Below are positions 1-15,264 of a stretch of DNA of 64,000 bases, piece by piece. This stretch comes from the human T2T-CHM13v2.0 reference genome, Homo sapiens: the NCBI RefSeq assembly GCF_009914755.1, contig NC_060947.1; one strand, given 5' to 3'. Every line of letters begins with the position of its first letter. Within the stretch, counting starts at the first letter, position 1. Under the pieces are notes generated by a model. That model saw only the letters and a list, made by a program, of their open reading frames with translations. It had not been told where the DNA came from and searched no databases. The position numbers were made by a program, and so were the translations under genes.

Positions 1-1766
1 GATTTGTTTCTGGGTTTCTATTCTATTGGTCTATGTGTCTGTTTTTACGCCAGTACCATGCCATTTTGATTACTATAGCGCCATAGTATAATATGAAGTC
101 AGGTAATGTGATTACTCCTATTTTGTTCTTTTGCTTAGTATAGCTTTAGCTATTCTGGGACTTTCGTGGTTCCATGTAAATTTTAGAGTTTTTTCTATTT
201 CTGTAAAGAATGATATTGGTATTTTCATAGGTATTGAATCTGTAGAATGCTGTGCATAGTACAGACATTTTAACAATGTTGATTATACCAATCTATGAAC
301 ATGGAATATTGTTTCATTTCTGGTGTTCTCTTCAATTGTTTTTCATCATCATTTTATAGTTTTTATCATAGAGATCTTTCACTTTATTGGTTAATTCCTA
401 GGTATTTAATTTTACATGTGGCTATTGTAAATGGAATTATCTTTTATTTCTTTTTCACATTGTTGACTGCTTTAATATAGAAATGCTACTGATTTTTTAT
501 GCCAATTTTGTATTCTGCAACTTTACTGAATTTGTTTATCATTTCTAACAGTTTTCTTGTGTAGTCTTTAGGTTTTTTCCAAATATGAGATGATATCATC
601 TGCAAACCAGGATAACTTGTCTTCTTCCTTTCCAATTTGGATGTCCTTCATATCTTTCTATTGTCTAATTGCTCTAGCTAAGACTTTCAGTGCTATGTTG
701 AAAAACAGTAGTGACCATGGATATCCTTGTTGTCTCTCAGGTCTTAGAGAAAAGTTTTTCAATTTTTGCCATTAAATATGATACTAGCTGTGATTCTGTC
801 ATATATAGCTTTTATTTTGTTGAAGTATGTTCCTTCCATTCCAAGGTTTTTGGGGATATTTATCATGAAGCCATGTTTAATTTTATCAAGTGCATTTTTA
901 GCATCAATTCAAACGATCATATGGCTTTTACCCTTTATTCTATTAATATGATGTATAACACTGATTGATCTGCATATGTTGAACTATCCTTTTATCCTGG
1001 GATAAATTCCATTTGGTCATAATAAATGATTTTTCTAATGTATTTTTAATTAGTTTGCTAGTATTTTGTTGAGGATTTTTGCATTAATTTTCTTCAGAGA
1101 TATTGGCCTGTTTCCTTTTCTTGATGTATCTTTGTCTGATTTTGGTATCAGGGTAATACTGGCTTGGTAGAATGAGTCTGAAAGTATGTTCTGCCCCTCT
1201 GTCTTTTGAAATAGATTGAGTGAATTGTTGTTCATACTTCTTTAAATTTAGAATTCAGCAGTGAAACCACTGGGTCTTGGGCTTTTCCTTAATGGGAGAC
1301 TATTTATTATGGCTTTGATATCATTTCTTGTTATCAGCATATTCCAGTTTGGGATTTCTTCCTGGTTCAATCTTGGTAGGTTGAATGAATCTAGAAATTT
1401 ATTTCTTCTAGATATTCCAGTGTATTAACATAGAGTTGCTCATAGTAGCCAATAATGATCCTTTCAATTGCTGCAATATCACTTAAAACATCTCCTTTTA
1501 AAATTTCTCATTATATTTATTTGGATCTTCCTTTTATTGTTCTTAGTCTGGTTAAAGGGTCGTCAGTTTTGTCTAACTTTTCAAAAACCAAACTTTTTGT
1601 TTCATTGGTCTTTTGTATTTTTTTCCATTTTAATTTTTTTGATTTTTGCTCTGATATATATTTTTTTCTTCTACTAATTTTGGGTTTGGTTGGCTCTTGC
1701 TTATCTGGTTCTTTAAGATGCATTCTTAAATTGTTTATTTAAAGTTCTTTCTCTTTTTTGATGTAG

Positions 1767-2228
<462 letters not shown>

Positions 2229-3081
2229 TAATTTGTATGTATTTGTATAGTTTTCAAAATTCCTCTTGTTATTAATCCCAAATTTTATTGCATTGTGGTC
2301 AAAGAAAATGCTAGATATTATGTCAAGTTCTTGAATTTTTTAAGGCTTGTTTTGTGTCTTAACATATGGTCTATAATTGAGAATAATCTATGTGCTGCAG
2401 AAAAAAAAATGTGCATTCTATAGATCCTGGATGAAATGTTCTGTAAATATCTATTAGATCCATTTGTTCTATAGTGAAGATTAACTCTGATGTTTCTTTC
2501 TTGATTTTCTGTCTGAAAGATTTGTCTAATGCTGAAAGTAGAGTGTTAAAGACATTTGAACTGAGGCCTACATCTCTATTATATGGTATCTCTTTACATA
2601 TCTCGGGACTCCAGTGTTGGGTGCATATATATTTAAAATTATGATATCCTCTTGCAGAATTGACCCCATATTATTATATAGTGACCTTGTTTGTCTCTTA
2701 TAGTTTTTGTCTTGAAATCCATTTTGTCTGTTATAAGCATAGTAAGGCCTGCTCCTTATTTATTTATTTTTTTTGGTTTCCATTGGCATTGAATATCTTT
2801 TCCATCTTTTTATTTTCAGCCTATTTGTGTCTTTATATGTGAAGTGTGTTTCTTGTCAGTGACAGATCAATGGGTCTTGTTTTTTTACCTACTCAGCTAC
2901 TGTAAATCTTTTGATTGTAGAGTTTAGTCCATCTACATTCAATGTTGTTATTGATAAGAAAAGACTTAATTATGCCATATTGTTATTTGTTTTCTGGTTG
3001 ATTTGTGATCTTTTTCTTCTTTTTTCCTTCCTGTTTTCCTTTAATACAAGTGATTTTTTTAGTGATTGGATTTAATGTCTT

Positions 3082-3092
3082 TGTGTGTGTGC

Positions 3093-3124
<32 letters not shown>
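3082..3124. repeat. (TG)n microsatellite
   Basis: Directly visible, with two cg interruptions. Confidence 0.95.
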
Positions 3125-5215
3125 TTATCCATTGTATATTTTTTTTGTTTCAGGTTACCATGAGGCTTGGAAATACTATGTTACAATCCATTACTTTAAC
3201 CTGATAATAACTTAACACTCTACATAAACAAACAAGCAAAAAGAAAACTAATAAAACTTGCATTCACTTTATCCCCCTCTTTTTAACTTTTTGCTGTTTC
3301 TATTTGTGTCTTATTGTACTATGTCTTGAACAGTTGTAGTTATTATTTTTAATTGTTTCATCATTTAGTCTTTCTACTTAGGATAAGAATAGTTTACACA
3401 GAATAGTTACAGTGTTATAATATTCTGTGTTTTTCTGTGTACCTACTATTAACAGTAAGTTTTGCACATTCAGGTGATTATTTATTTCTCCTTAATGTCC
3501 TTTACTTTCTGATTAAAGTACTCCCTTTAGTATTTCTTGTAGGATGGGTCTGGTATTGATAAACTCCCTCAGCTTTTGTTTGTCTGGAAATGACTTTATT
3601 TTTCCTGCATGTTTTAAAGATATTTTCAAGTGATATACTATTTTAAAGTAAAAGGATTTTTTTTCAGCACTTTAAATATGCCATGCCACTCTCTCCTGGC
3701 CTGTAATGTTTCCACTAAAAACTCTGCTGCCAGATGTATTGGAGCTTCATAGTGGGTTATTTGTTTTTTTTCTCTTGCTGCTTTAATATCCTTTCTTTAT
3801 TTTGATCTCTGAGAGTTTGACCATGAAATGCCTTGAGGCAGTCTTCTTTGGGTCAAATCTGCCTGATTTTCTATAACCTTCTTGCATTTAAATTTTGATA
3901 TTTTTCTCTAGATTTTGTAAGTCCCTTGTTATTATCCTTTTGGATAAACATGCTACGCTACACCTACCTTTTTCTCTACCTCCTCTATATGGGCAATAAC
4001 TCTTAGATATGCCCTTTTTTGACTATTTTTTAGATCCTGTGGGCATGCTTTATTATTTTTATTCTTTTTTTCTTTTGTCTCCTATGACTGTGTATTTTCA
4101 AATAGCCTGGTTTTAAGTTCAGTAATTTTTGTTTCTGCATGATCCATTCTGTTATTAAAGGATTCTGATGCATTTTTCAGTATGCCAATTGCATTTTCAG
4201 CTCCAGAATTTTTGTTTGATTCTTTCTAATTATTTTAATCTTTTTGTTAAATTTAACTGATAGAATTCTGAATTTTTTCTCTGTGTTATCTTGAATTTAT
4301 TTGAGTTTTCTCAACACAGCTACTTTGAATTCTCTATCTCAAAGGTCACATATCATTGGTTCTCCAGGATTTGTCTCTGGTGGCTTATTTAGTTCATTTG
4401 GTGAGGTCACGTTTTCCTGGATGGTGTTGATACACTAGTAGATGTTCTTTGGTGTCTGGGCATTGAAGAAATTGGTATTTATTTTAGTCTTCACTCTCTG
4501 GGCTTATTTGTAATTATCCTTCATAGTAAGGCTTTCCAGATATTTGAAAGGACTTGGTTGTTGTGATCTAAGATATTTTTGCTTTAAGGGGAACTCCATT
4601 ATCATTAGAATATGATTGTTGCAGATTCATAGAGGTACTACCTTAATAGTCTTGGACAAAATTCAAGAAAGTCCTCTGGATTGCCAGGCAGAAATTCTTG
4701 TTCTTTTTTTTCCATTGTCCAAAACCAACAAAGTGTCTCTGTTTTTTTCTGAGTTCCTAAATCTAGATGTGGAGTGACACAAGCACTCCTGTGACCACAA
4801 CCACTATGAATTGACTGAAATAGACCTAAGCCAGCACAGCAATTGGTCTCATCTAAGTCCTGCTATAACCACTTCCCACTGCCTATGTTTGCTCAAGGCC
4901 CAGGTGCTCTACAATCATCAGGTGGCAAAGCCAACCAGGCCTGTGTATTTTCCTTCAGGGCAGTGAAGTCTTCCAGGCTCCAAGTGATCCAGAAGTGCCA
5001 TCTGGGTGTCAAGGACTAGAGTCAAAAACCTTAGAAGTCTACCTTGTATTCTATTGAATTGTGGCTGAGCTGGCACTCAAACCACAATATACAATCCTTC
5101 TCACTTTTTGCTCCTGTTTTCAAAGGCAGAAGAGCCTCACCCCATAGCCATAGCCACCCCTGGCTATGAGGAGTACTGCCCAACTAGCACTGATATTTCC
5201 TTAAGTCACAAGGTC

Positions 5216-5276
5216 TTTTCAATTGTTTGGAATAGTTTCAGTATAAATGGTACAGGTTCCTTTTTGTACCTCTGGT
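5216..5276 (-). mobile_element. Short L1PA ORF2 fragment
   Basis: ttggaatagtttcag...tttttgtacctctggt matches antisense L1PA ORF2 (compare plus-strand 49100-49155). Confidence 0.7.
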
Positions 5277-7853
5277 GAGAAACCTGTATTTAAGAGCACC
5301 TGTCAGAGTCCTATAGTTTGTTATAAACCATCTTTTGAAAAGGATTAAACCAAGACAAAAATTGTCTGTGAATTACAATATGTCCAGGGTAGTTACAGTT
5401 AGAAATACAATTGACAAAGTAGTTTGGTTATTTCCATGGTTTACAATAACTTAACATAATAAACTTAATTATGATTAATAGAATATACGTAGACAATAGA
5501 ATTTCAGAAATCCTGTACAATTTTGGACCATATTAGTATTATTCACCAAAATATAACTTAAAGTAGATTGTACACTATTTTGGTAATCTCATATAACTAA
5601 ATATGTCAAATAATCCTGTTTTTCTCTCTTCTACAGGCTCCAGGGGCCCTCCAAAGCCTTCAAAAAGACAGGTGTCAAGAAAGATGATTTTGAACCTACA
5701 GTTTTATTTTGGGAATCATGTTAAATATGTTGGAAATTTAAAACACTTGATGCTATGAAATAGAATTCCAGATTACCATAATTATTTATTTTGCAAAATG
5801 ATGACTCAAGAACATAAAAAGCAGAAATCCCTTTTATAACCCTTTACAAATTTTGCCAAAGTGCAGATTAGTGCCTTAAGAGCACTTTGTTGTGCTTTTT
5901 TGTGCACTTTGTTGTGCTTAAGAGCACTTTGTTGTGATTTTATTTTAATGCTCAATTTACAGAAAAACCATATAATACCTTTTCTGAATTTAGTCAATAT
6001 GTTCACACACAGAAATTTTGCAAGATTAAATTTTACAATCCTTCCATCCCTTGTTTTAACTTTTAGCTTTATTTTATCTAATTTAAAACAATTATTCAAC
6101 CCTAGGCAATTATTTATATTTTTATGCCTTTCTATAATTTTTTACTAAAAACAGATTTTACTATTCTTATACATGTTGCATGTAAATCTATTTCCAGTAA
6201 TTTCAATTACATGTTATAATGGTAACTCCTAGCAATTTTTAATTTGAATGTAAAACCTGGTAAGTTGTTTTGATTATGTGCTAACTTCATCCAAGGTTTG
6301 ACTCCTCCCAGCACAATTAGGGGCATGGTTAATTCCATATGTCCCCAGGCCTTACCAGGTTGAACAGTTCTCAAAAATGAAGTAGCAGTTTATAACCTCA
6401 AAAGACTTAGCAAACCTTGGATCTGACCATATATTAGTCCACCTATTTATATTTTGATGATATCTGCATTTTACCAATAGTGTTTAAGGCTGTTTTTATT
6501 TCTCAGAGATTAAAGTCATGTGAACTGAAAGGTACCACAGCTTTTATCTTCCCTCTAAAAAAACATTTGATTCAAGCATCCAAGCGCTTATCTTCATTTA
6601 GGCCAATTAATTAGAGCTCTTTTTATAGACATCACACACATGATACATATATAACTACACAGACAGGCAGAACAAAACCCAGTTACCACAAGATCCTTTA
6701 TTTGCCAATCTCCTATTTGGACCATTGGCCTTTTGGTGCTTTTAATTCCTGGGGTCCCATGCGAAAAACAGAGGACTCTCCACTCTCATGTGTTCATTAA
6801 AAGTGCCAAGGAAAAATGGAGAAAAATAATTCAGTTGACTGAAAAAAACCCTCTTTTTTCCACCAAAACAAGGTCCAAGAAAGGAAAAACATAAAGGCCT
6901 TTTAAATATAACTATAACTTGGATATCCACTTTTAATTAATCTGAGCACTCCTTAAGAAAATCCTTTTAACTCCCTTATCACTTGACAAACGGCCAATAT
7001 TTCTGGCTTTCAAACTTTACTAAATATTCAGAGAAAAGAAAATCCAATGCAGTTTGTGGAGGGGAAGGGAATCAACAAATAGCAAAAGGTCATGCAGATA
7101 TAAAATCAGAAAGGGCACATTTCTGAAGTCAGGATTGAATTCCTGGCTGTGCAGAGGCTAAACAAAGCCTAGACATAGGGTTACAGTCCACTCCCCCAGG
7201 ACATAAAACAAGATGGAGCCCTGAAGCGAAGTTTGCTACAGACGGTACAGAAAGACGTGCAAAACACACCAGATTGGCTACAGCTTAAAACCAGCCTCAT
7301 AAATCCTTTTTCATAATTAAAACTCTACAGACAATATAAATAGTAATACTCCACATCATTTCTGGCCCAGAAAAATGTCTTCCAAAAGGGGGAAAAAAAA
7401 TCACTTAAAAGTTACCTCCTGAGAGGGTAAAGGATTCCTGAGGAAAGAACCTCTTATTCTTATGCAAGTGGTTCCTCCACCAGGGAGAAAAGTTTAATTG
7501 CTGTAGAATGGAGCAGAACTCTTTGGCTGGGAGAGGGGGAGACTCCATGAGGGCCTGGCGGGGAACTCCAGCTAGCCGTGCAGGGCCCTTGGGCCATTTG
7601 TCCCAACCTGGTCAGGAAGAGGAGAGTGACTGCTCACCTGTCTGTCCCAAAAAAGGAAGGAAAAGGCCATGGAAAGGCTGGGTTGGACTGAAACCAACAT
7701 TTCTGACACCCAGGAGCAATAGGGGATGGGGCACAGTTGCCTCTACCCTCCGAAGAAATCCGCGGGACCCGAAGCTTAGGAGCAAAAGAGAGAAAGGTTT
7801 TTTTGGTTTGCATCTCACTCACCCTTCCCCCAGCCCCACATTGCACACCAAAA
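5277..7853 (-). mobile_element. ERV1 MER4-group internal sequence (MER61-int-like), 3'-truncated
   Basis: AT-rich non-coding MER4-group internal sequence directly adjoining a PBS and an LTR. No 3' LTR. Confidence 0.75.
7833..7850 (-). promoter_or_regulatory. Degenerate primer-binding site, tRNA-Lys(1,2) type
   Basis: Reverse complement TGGTGTGCAATGTGGGGC vs TGGCGCCCAACGTGGGGC (14/18), 3 nt from the LTR end. Confidence 0.65.
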
Positions 7854-8145
7854 TGTAGGAAAATCTAAGTTCTTGTCACACAAACAGGAAAGATTACACT
7901 TACAGATGCTTTTAAGGGTAAGAGAAAACAGAATTTATTGGATGAAAAAAAGAAAAAGTGAAAAAGTTTCAGCAGAGTGAGGTGGAAGCCTGTTAACTGT
8001 CTCCTGCTCCACCATACAGGAGCTCAAGAGGCCAGCTCCTCCCCTCTGCAAATTTATGGCATGAATTTCCATGGTTCTGCTTTATTCTCCCAGTGCACAG
8101 GACCTGCAGGGACCCTGTGGGGACCCCTTTATAATTGACTATCTC
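7854..8145 (-). mobile_element. ERV1 5' LTR (MER61/MER83-like)
   Basis: TG...CA ends, AATAAA on the minus strand, and the motifs ggggtcccc...gcactgggag...ttgcagaggggaggag. Confidence 0.75.
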
Positions 8146-9472
8146 ACAAGCATCTGATCTTCAATAAGCTTGACAAAAACAAGCAATGGGGAAATTATTC
8201 CCTATTTAATAAATAGTTCTGGGAGAACTGGCTAGCCATATGCAGAAAATTGAAACTGGAACCCTTCCGTACACCTTATACAAAAATCAACTGAAGATTG
8301 ATTAAAGGCTGAAATGTAAAACCCAAAACCCAGCAGGAAAATCTAGGCAATACCATTCAAGACATATGCACAGGCAAAGATTTTAAGACAAAAACACCAA
8401 AAGCAATTGGATAAAAGAAAGAATTGACAAACGGGGTCTAATTAAACTAAAGAGCTTCTGCACAGCGTAAGAAACTATCATCAGAGACAATCTACAAGAT
8501 GGGAGAAAATTTTTTAATCGATCTATCTGACAAAGGTCTAATGTCCAGGATCTATAAGAAACCCAAACAAATTTACAAGAACAACAACAAAACCATCAAA
8601 AGTGGGCAAAGGACATTAGCAGATATTTCTCAAAAGAAGACATACATATGGCCACCAAACCTATGAAAAAAAGCTCAACATCACAGATCATGAGAGAAAT
8701 ACAAATCAAAACCACAGTGGGATACCATTTCACACCAGGCATAATAGCTATTATTAAAAAGTCAAAAAACAACAGACGCTGGCAAGGTTGTGGAGAAAAA
8801 GGAGCTCTTTTACACTTGATGAGAGTATAAATTAGTTTACCATTGTGGAAGACAGTGTGGTGATTCCTCAAAGACCTAGAAGCAGAAATACCATTTGACC
8901 CAACAATTTCATTACTGGATATATACCCAAAGGAATATAAATCATTATATTATAAAGATACATGCACATGTATGTTCATTGCAGCACTATCCACAATAGC
9001 AAAGATGGAGAATCAACTAAATGCCCATCAATTATAGACTGGATGAAGAAAATGTCATATATATACACCAGAGAATACTATACAGCCATAAAAAGGAGTG
9101 AGATCATGTCCTTTGCAGGGACATGGATGAAGTTGGAAGCCATTATCCTCAGCAAACTAACACAGGAACAGAGAATCAAACATTGCATGGTCTCACTTAT
9201 GAGTGGGAGCTGAATGATGAGAACACATGGACAAATAAGGCAGAACAACACACACTGGGGCACATCAGATGAGGGTTTTGAGGGGAGGGAGAGCATGAGG
9301 AAGAATAGCTAATGGATGTTGGGCTTAATACCTAGGTAACGTGATGTTTCATGTGGCAAACCACCATGGCACATGTTTAACTGTATAACAAACCTGCACA
9401 TCCTGCACCTGTACCTTTGAACTTAAAATAAAATTTTAAGAAAAATAAGTAAATTTGAAAAAATTCAAAAAA
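8146..9472 (+). mobile_element. L1PA (about PA10-13) 3' portion with A-rich tail
   Basis: ORF2 C-terminal peptides (MREIQIKTT..., SFAGTWMKLEAIILSKL) and 3'UTR ggaagaatagctaatggatg...aacttaaaataaaa. Confidence 0.92.
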
Positions 9473-10379
9473 GAATTACTCATTTGGAATAAAATATTAG
9501 CCTTTAGACAGACTCCATTGATATCGTACATTTTAACTCATTGTACAATATGTAGTAATACATTGAGTCATTATTTTCTGATAACACATTAGCACCACTT
9601 AGTCAAGGATTTTGCTTATTTCTAATTGTTTGGAGTTAGGGTAGAATGGAGCAGAGGAAGACATAGTAGGTAGGTGTAGCCTGGAAACAATCCTGGGAAT
9701 GTAATCAAGTATATAATAGTTCCCAATTTGATCCCAATATGGAAGCAACTATGAAGTAAGGTTTCTACCACAATTGGAAAATCATTTTCTCTCCTTGTCT
9801 CTTATTTTCCCTAGTGCTTTGTTCTGAGGTACATGAAAGAGCTTTGTAGAGGAGGAAGGAGTGTATTGTTCTTTAATTATCATTGAATAATACCACCATA
9901 TTAATTCTAGAGTAAAATGCACTGTCAATTCCCAAAGAATTTACTATGCATGTGACAGTGGCATTTTGCAGGTGGTGCCTGGTATTTTAAATATTTATGT
10001 AATCCATTTTATTCAATCTCTGTCATCCTATATTTCCCAACCAAATATTATTTTTTGATTATTGTTAATTCATAAAATGCATTTTCTTTTCCAAAGTTTT
10101 GCTCTTAGGAGTAAATGAATAATCCATCTTTTGAATTGGAAGAAATAGTAGACACATCTGCATCACAAACTTGATTTAAAAATGCAGTTGGATTGTAACC
10201 TACCTGACAGTTTTTGTGACAGAGAACAGGTAGGTAAGAGCAAAAAAAAAAATAGCAAAGTTCATCTTTTATTTGATAATAAGTAATTTCAAGTAATTGT
10301 CAGATTCCAGTGAAAAACAACAGCTGCACAAATGCCTATTAGGTCTCAAAAGCTTTGTTGGTGTTGCCTTTCCTAAAGA

Positions 10380-10615
10380 TAATATCAGCTATTACCTATA
10401 GAGCTCTTACCACAAGCCAGCCACTATTCTAATTACTGTTCATACTCATTTAATTTTCATGATAATTCTATGACATAGTTGCTTATAATTATTTCCATTT
10501 TACAGATGAGGTTTCTGAGGCACAAAGAGATAAATTAACTTGTCCAAATTCACACTGCTAGTTACTGATGGAACTGAGACTGGCTTCAGAATCTGTACTT
10601 TTAGCTACTGTACTC
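10380..10615 (-). mobile_element. MIR SINE
   Basis: Core ccattttacagatgagg..ctgaggcacaaagag..taacttgtccaa. Confidence 0.85.
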
Positions 10616-11594
10616 CACTTCCTCTCTTTTTATAGCAATCCTATTTATTAAAATCAGCTATCATTTTAAAGATTAGTCTGATTTTTAGTTGGGCATTTGC
10701 CTTACCTCTTAACCCAAATTAATGTGATATTCTCTCCAAATTAGAATTCCCTTGATTTGAGATAATTTATATGAAGATGGAGAAACAATTAGAGTGGGAA
10801 GACAAAGGAAAAGATAAAATATTTTACAGAGGGTAGAGATTTAATAATATCAGAAGATGAAAGCAAAATATGACTTTCTATGGTGTTGTAAATATTTATA
10901 CTTCAGCAGGTACTGAGTTATTATTATAGTTGATTAATGAAAATCTTATAAGACTAAAAGACTGGAAAATTGATTTTTATATCAAATGTGTTGAGGAATG
11001 TGCTATTTCATGAAACTTTGAAACAAATGCTTGTTCTTACAGGTAATGTTTTTAGTTTAAACTTTACTTATCTTTTTTGATTAGAAAGTATGTGTGCTAA
11101 AATTGCACCTTCAGGATTACATTTAGAATATCAAAAGGCAGTTTAGTATTTTGAATATTCAATAGGCTCTATTTTACGTAATGTTTCTCAGTAAGTTTTC
11201 AGATGTATATAGGAAGATTAAAATAATAAAATAGATCCTTCTTGCATTGAATTGAATTAATAATAAGATTCTTTTTGAACCACTGAAGATCTTGATGCCT
11301 GTAATGTGGCAAGATTGTGGCACATAATAAGTTGTGATAGCTTTAGAAATTAAGATGTCATTTGAGTGACATGAATGATAAATTAGGATCACCACAGAAA
11401 GAAATATAATTGTGCCCAAGAACATCCATTATCTGAAAAAATAGTTTTAATATAGAAGGGGGAAATTAAATAACTTTGTAAAACAACTTCAAGGTTTTTG
11501 TTCATAGAAAGGTAATATATAACTTTAATTTCCTTCATATTTTTAATATATCTTTTAAATAAGTAAAACGATATTTTGTTACTTTGTATGTTTT

Positions 11595-13420
11595 AACATT
11601 TTTATTAAGATGGAAACCACATATTATAAAATTCATTGATACAAAGTACTGAGTTCAGTGGGTTTTAGTATATTCACACAGCTGTACAACCATCACCACA
11701 ATATAATTTTAAAACATTTTGTTTACCCTAAAGTGAAATGCCATATCTAATATGTAGCCATATAACATTATGTTTCCTAAGTGTCCATTAATGGATAATT
11801 TGATTAAAGAATGTGGTGTATATACACAATGGGATACTATTCAGCCATAAAATAAATGAAATAATGTCTCTTACAGCAATATGGGTGGAAATGTAGGCTA
11901 TGAAATGAAGTCAGACAGAAAGAAAAATGGCACATTTCTCACTTATAAATGAGAGCTAAATAATGCACACACATGGACGTAGAGTGTGGAATGATAGACA
12001 GTGGATATTCAGAAGGGTGATGGGATGGAAGAGGTGAATGATAAGAAATTACTTAACGGGTACAATATACATTATTTGGGTAGTGGATATGCTGAATACT
12101 CTGACTTCACCACTATTCAGTCTATGCATGTAATAAAATTGTGCTTGTATTCCATAAATTTATTTAAATTAAAAATTATGTTACCTTTTGTGACTGGCTT
12201 CTTTCACGTAGCATAATGTTTTTAATATTCATTTATTTTGTTGTATGGATTAATACTTTTAGTCCTTTTATTGTTGAATAATAATCCATTGTATTAAGCA
12301 TGGATATACAACATTTTGTTTTTCCATTCATCTGTTATATTTGCGTTGTTCCATTTTTAAGTTATTTTTAATAATACTGTTATTAACACTTACGTGCAAG
12401 ATTTTGTGTGCCTATACATTTTTATTTTATTGTGCTATAGAGCTAGTAATGAATTGCTGGATCATATGGAAAATATGTTTGACATTTTGAGGAACTGCAA
12501 AACTGTTTTCTTTAAGTGGCTACATCATTTTACATTTCCATAAGCAATGTATGAGGGTTCCAACTTCTCTACATTATTGCTAACACTGGTTATTATTATT
12601 CTTTTATTTAGTAGTCACGCTAATATTGTGGAGTTGTATGTCATTGTCATTTTGATTTGCATTTCCTTAGTGATTAATAATTTTGAGCATCTTTTCATGT
12701 GCTTATTTGCCATTTGTATGTCCATTCAATCTCCTGCACAATTTTAAATTGTGCTATTTGTCTTTTGGTTATTGTGTTATAGCAGTCTTTTATCTATCTT
12801 GGATACAAGTTACGTACTTTGGATATGATTTGAAAAGATTTTTTCTTGTAGTATGTGAGTTGTCTTTTCACTTTTTAATGTGTGCTCTCAAACACAAATT
12901 TTTAATTTGATGTAGTCCAATTTTTCTCCTGTTACTGTTATCACTTGTCTTTCTGGTGTTATACTTAAGAAGGAAGGCCAACCCAGCAAATATTTACGCC
13001 TATGTTTTCTTCTAGAAATTTATAGTCTTAGCTCTTTCATTAACTCTACCATCTATTTTGAGTTAATTTTTGTAATAGTGAGAGACAATTTTTCAAATTT
13101 ATGCTTTTGCATGATGATATTAATTGTCCCAGCACCATTTACTGAAAAAACATTATTTCCTTTTTGAAATGTATGAGCACCCTTGTTGAAAACCTATTAA
13201 TGATATATTTTCAAAGGGTTTACTTCTGGACACTCAATTCTTCCAGTGATCCATTTGTCTTTTCTTATTATAGTGATATGCTGACTTGATTATCCTAGCT
13301 TTGCAATAAATTTTTAAACCATGGAGTATGAGTCCCCTGAGGCCTTCAAATTTGTTATTTTTAAATATCGTTTTAGACTATTTCAAGCCTCTTACATTTC
13401 CTTATGAGTTTGGGTTTTGT
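11595..13420 (-). mobile_element. L1MB-type 3' region, interrupted by an L1PB4; resumes at 30231-30350
   Basis: L1MB 3' end (agtatattcaca..gtacaaccatcaccaca) followed by antisense ORF2 3' sequence. Confidence 0.8.
11775..12172 (+). mobile_element. L1PB4-like 3' end
   Basis: 3'UTR catggacgtagagtgtggaatgatagaca...gacttcaccacta. TSD aacattatgtt / aaaattatgtt. Confidence 0.85.
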
Positions 13421-13424
13421 AAAA

Positions 13425-15228
13425 GTTTTATTTTCAATTGACACATAATAATGGGGTACAGTGTGATATTTTGATGCATATATACATTATGTAATAAGCA
13501 TATACTTCATCTCAGATTTATTATATTTTTGTAATAAGAATATTCAAAATCATTTATTTGACTTATTTTGCAATATATGTTATTGTTAACTGTAGTCACT
13601 CTAATTTCTGATAGAATATCAGAACTTACCCTTCTATCTAACTGTAACTTTGTACCCATTGATTAACTTCTTTCCTCCCCAGACTTTGGTAATCACTATT
13701 TTTAATTCTGTGAGGTCAACTTTTTTTAGAGTCCACATAGGAGTGAGATCAGGTGGTATTTGTCATTCTTTGTTTTCCTTATTTTATTTAACATAATGTC
13801 CTCTATGTTCATCCATGTTGTCACAAATGACAGAATTTTTTTATTTTTAGCTTTATAATATTATATTATTTAAATATACCACAACTTATTTATTTATTTA
13901 TCCTTTGAGTAGCGTGCAGGTTAATTCCATATCTTGAATATTGCAAATAATCCTGCAATAAACCTGGGAGTGCAGATTTCACTTCAATATATTGATTTCA
14001 TTTCCTTTGGATATGTACCTAGCAGTGAGATTGTTGGATCATATGGTACTTCTATTTTTAATATTTTTAGGAATGTTAATACTATTTTCCATAATGGCTG
14101 TATTAATTTACATTTCCACCAACAGTTTCCCTTTTCTCCACATCCTTCCCAAAACAAATCTTTTTATTTTACTTTTTGAAAATAGCCATTCTAAATGGAG
14201 TAAGATGATATCTCATTGTGGTTTAATTTCCATTTTTGTGATAATTAGTGACATAAAGCATGTTTTCATGCACCTGATGGTCATTTGCATGTCTTCCTTT
14301 GAAAAACATCTTCAGAATTTGTGCCCATTTTTAGTAGGGTTGTTTGTTTTTTGCTGTTGTGTTCTTGGAGTTCCTCGTGTATTCTGGATATTAACATATT
14401 GTCAGATGTATAGCTTCCAAATATTTTCTCCCATTATGTAGGTTGTCTCTTTTCTCCATTGTTTCCTTTGCTGTGGATTAGTTTCTTAATTTGATGTAAT
14501 CCCATTTGTCTCATGTTTGCCTTTGTTGCCTGTGCTTTTGATATCTTATCCAAAATATCCTTGACCACACTAACATCATGAAGCATTTGCCCTCAGTTTC
14601 CTTCTATTAAGTTCACAGTTCTGGGTCTTTCACTTAAGTCTTTAATCCATTTGGGGTTGCTTTTTGTTTGTCGTTCAAGATAATGTTCCAATTTCATTTT
14701 CGTGTGTGTGAATATTCAGTTTTCCCAGCACCATTTACTGAAGAAACTGCCCTTTCCCCAGTGTGTGCTTCTGGCATCTTTACTGAGAATCAGTTGGATG
14801 CAGATGCATGGAATTATTTTGTTCAGTTTATCCATGTGTTTGGCTTTATGCCTGTGGCATGCTGCTTTGGTTACTTTGTAGTATATTTTGAAGTTAGGTA
14901 GTGTTATGCTTATAGCTTCATAATTTTTGCTTAATTGCTTTGGCTATTGAAAGTATTTTGTGGTTCTAAATGAATTGTAGAATGTTTTTTGCTATTTCTT
15001 TGATGAATGTTATTGATATTTTGATAGAGATTGCATTGAGTCTGTACATCACTTTGGGTCATTGGTACATTTTAACGATAATATTTATCTCTATTCAAGG
15101 GCACAGGATATCTTTTTATTTATTTATGCCTTCAATTTTTTGTCAGTGATTTATACATTTTAGTGGAGTGACCTCTCACCTTCTTGGTTAAATTTATTTC
15201 TAAGTATCTTATATTTTATAGCTATTAT
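13425..15228 (-). mobile_element. L1MA (about MA4-8), 3' part of an apparently full-length element
   Basis: 3' end ggggtacagtgtgata..tctaactgtaactttgtacccattg, then antisense ORF2. The sequence resumes in register at 24233. Confidence 0.85.
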
Positions 15229-15264
15229 TTTGACTCTGCTTATTTTATGTTTAAATGTTAAACA

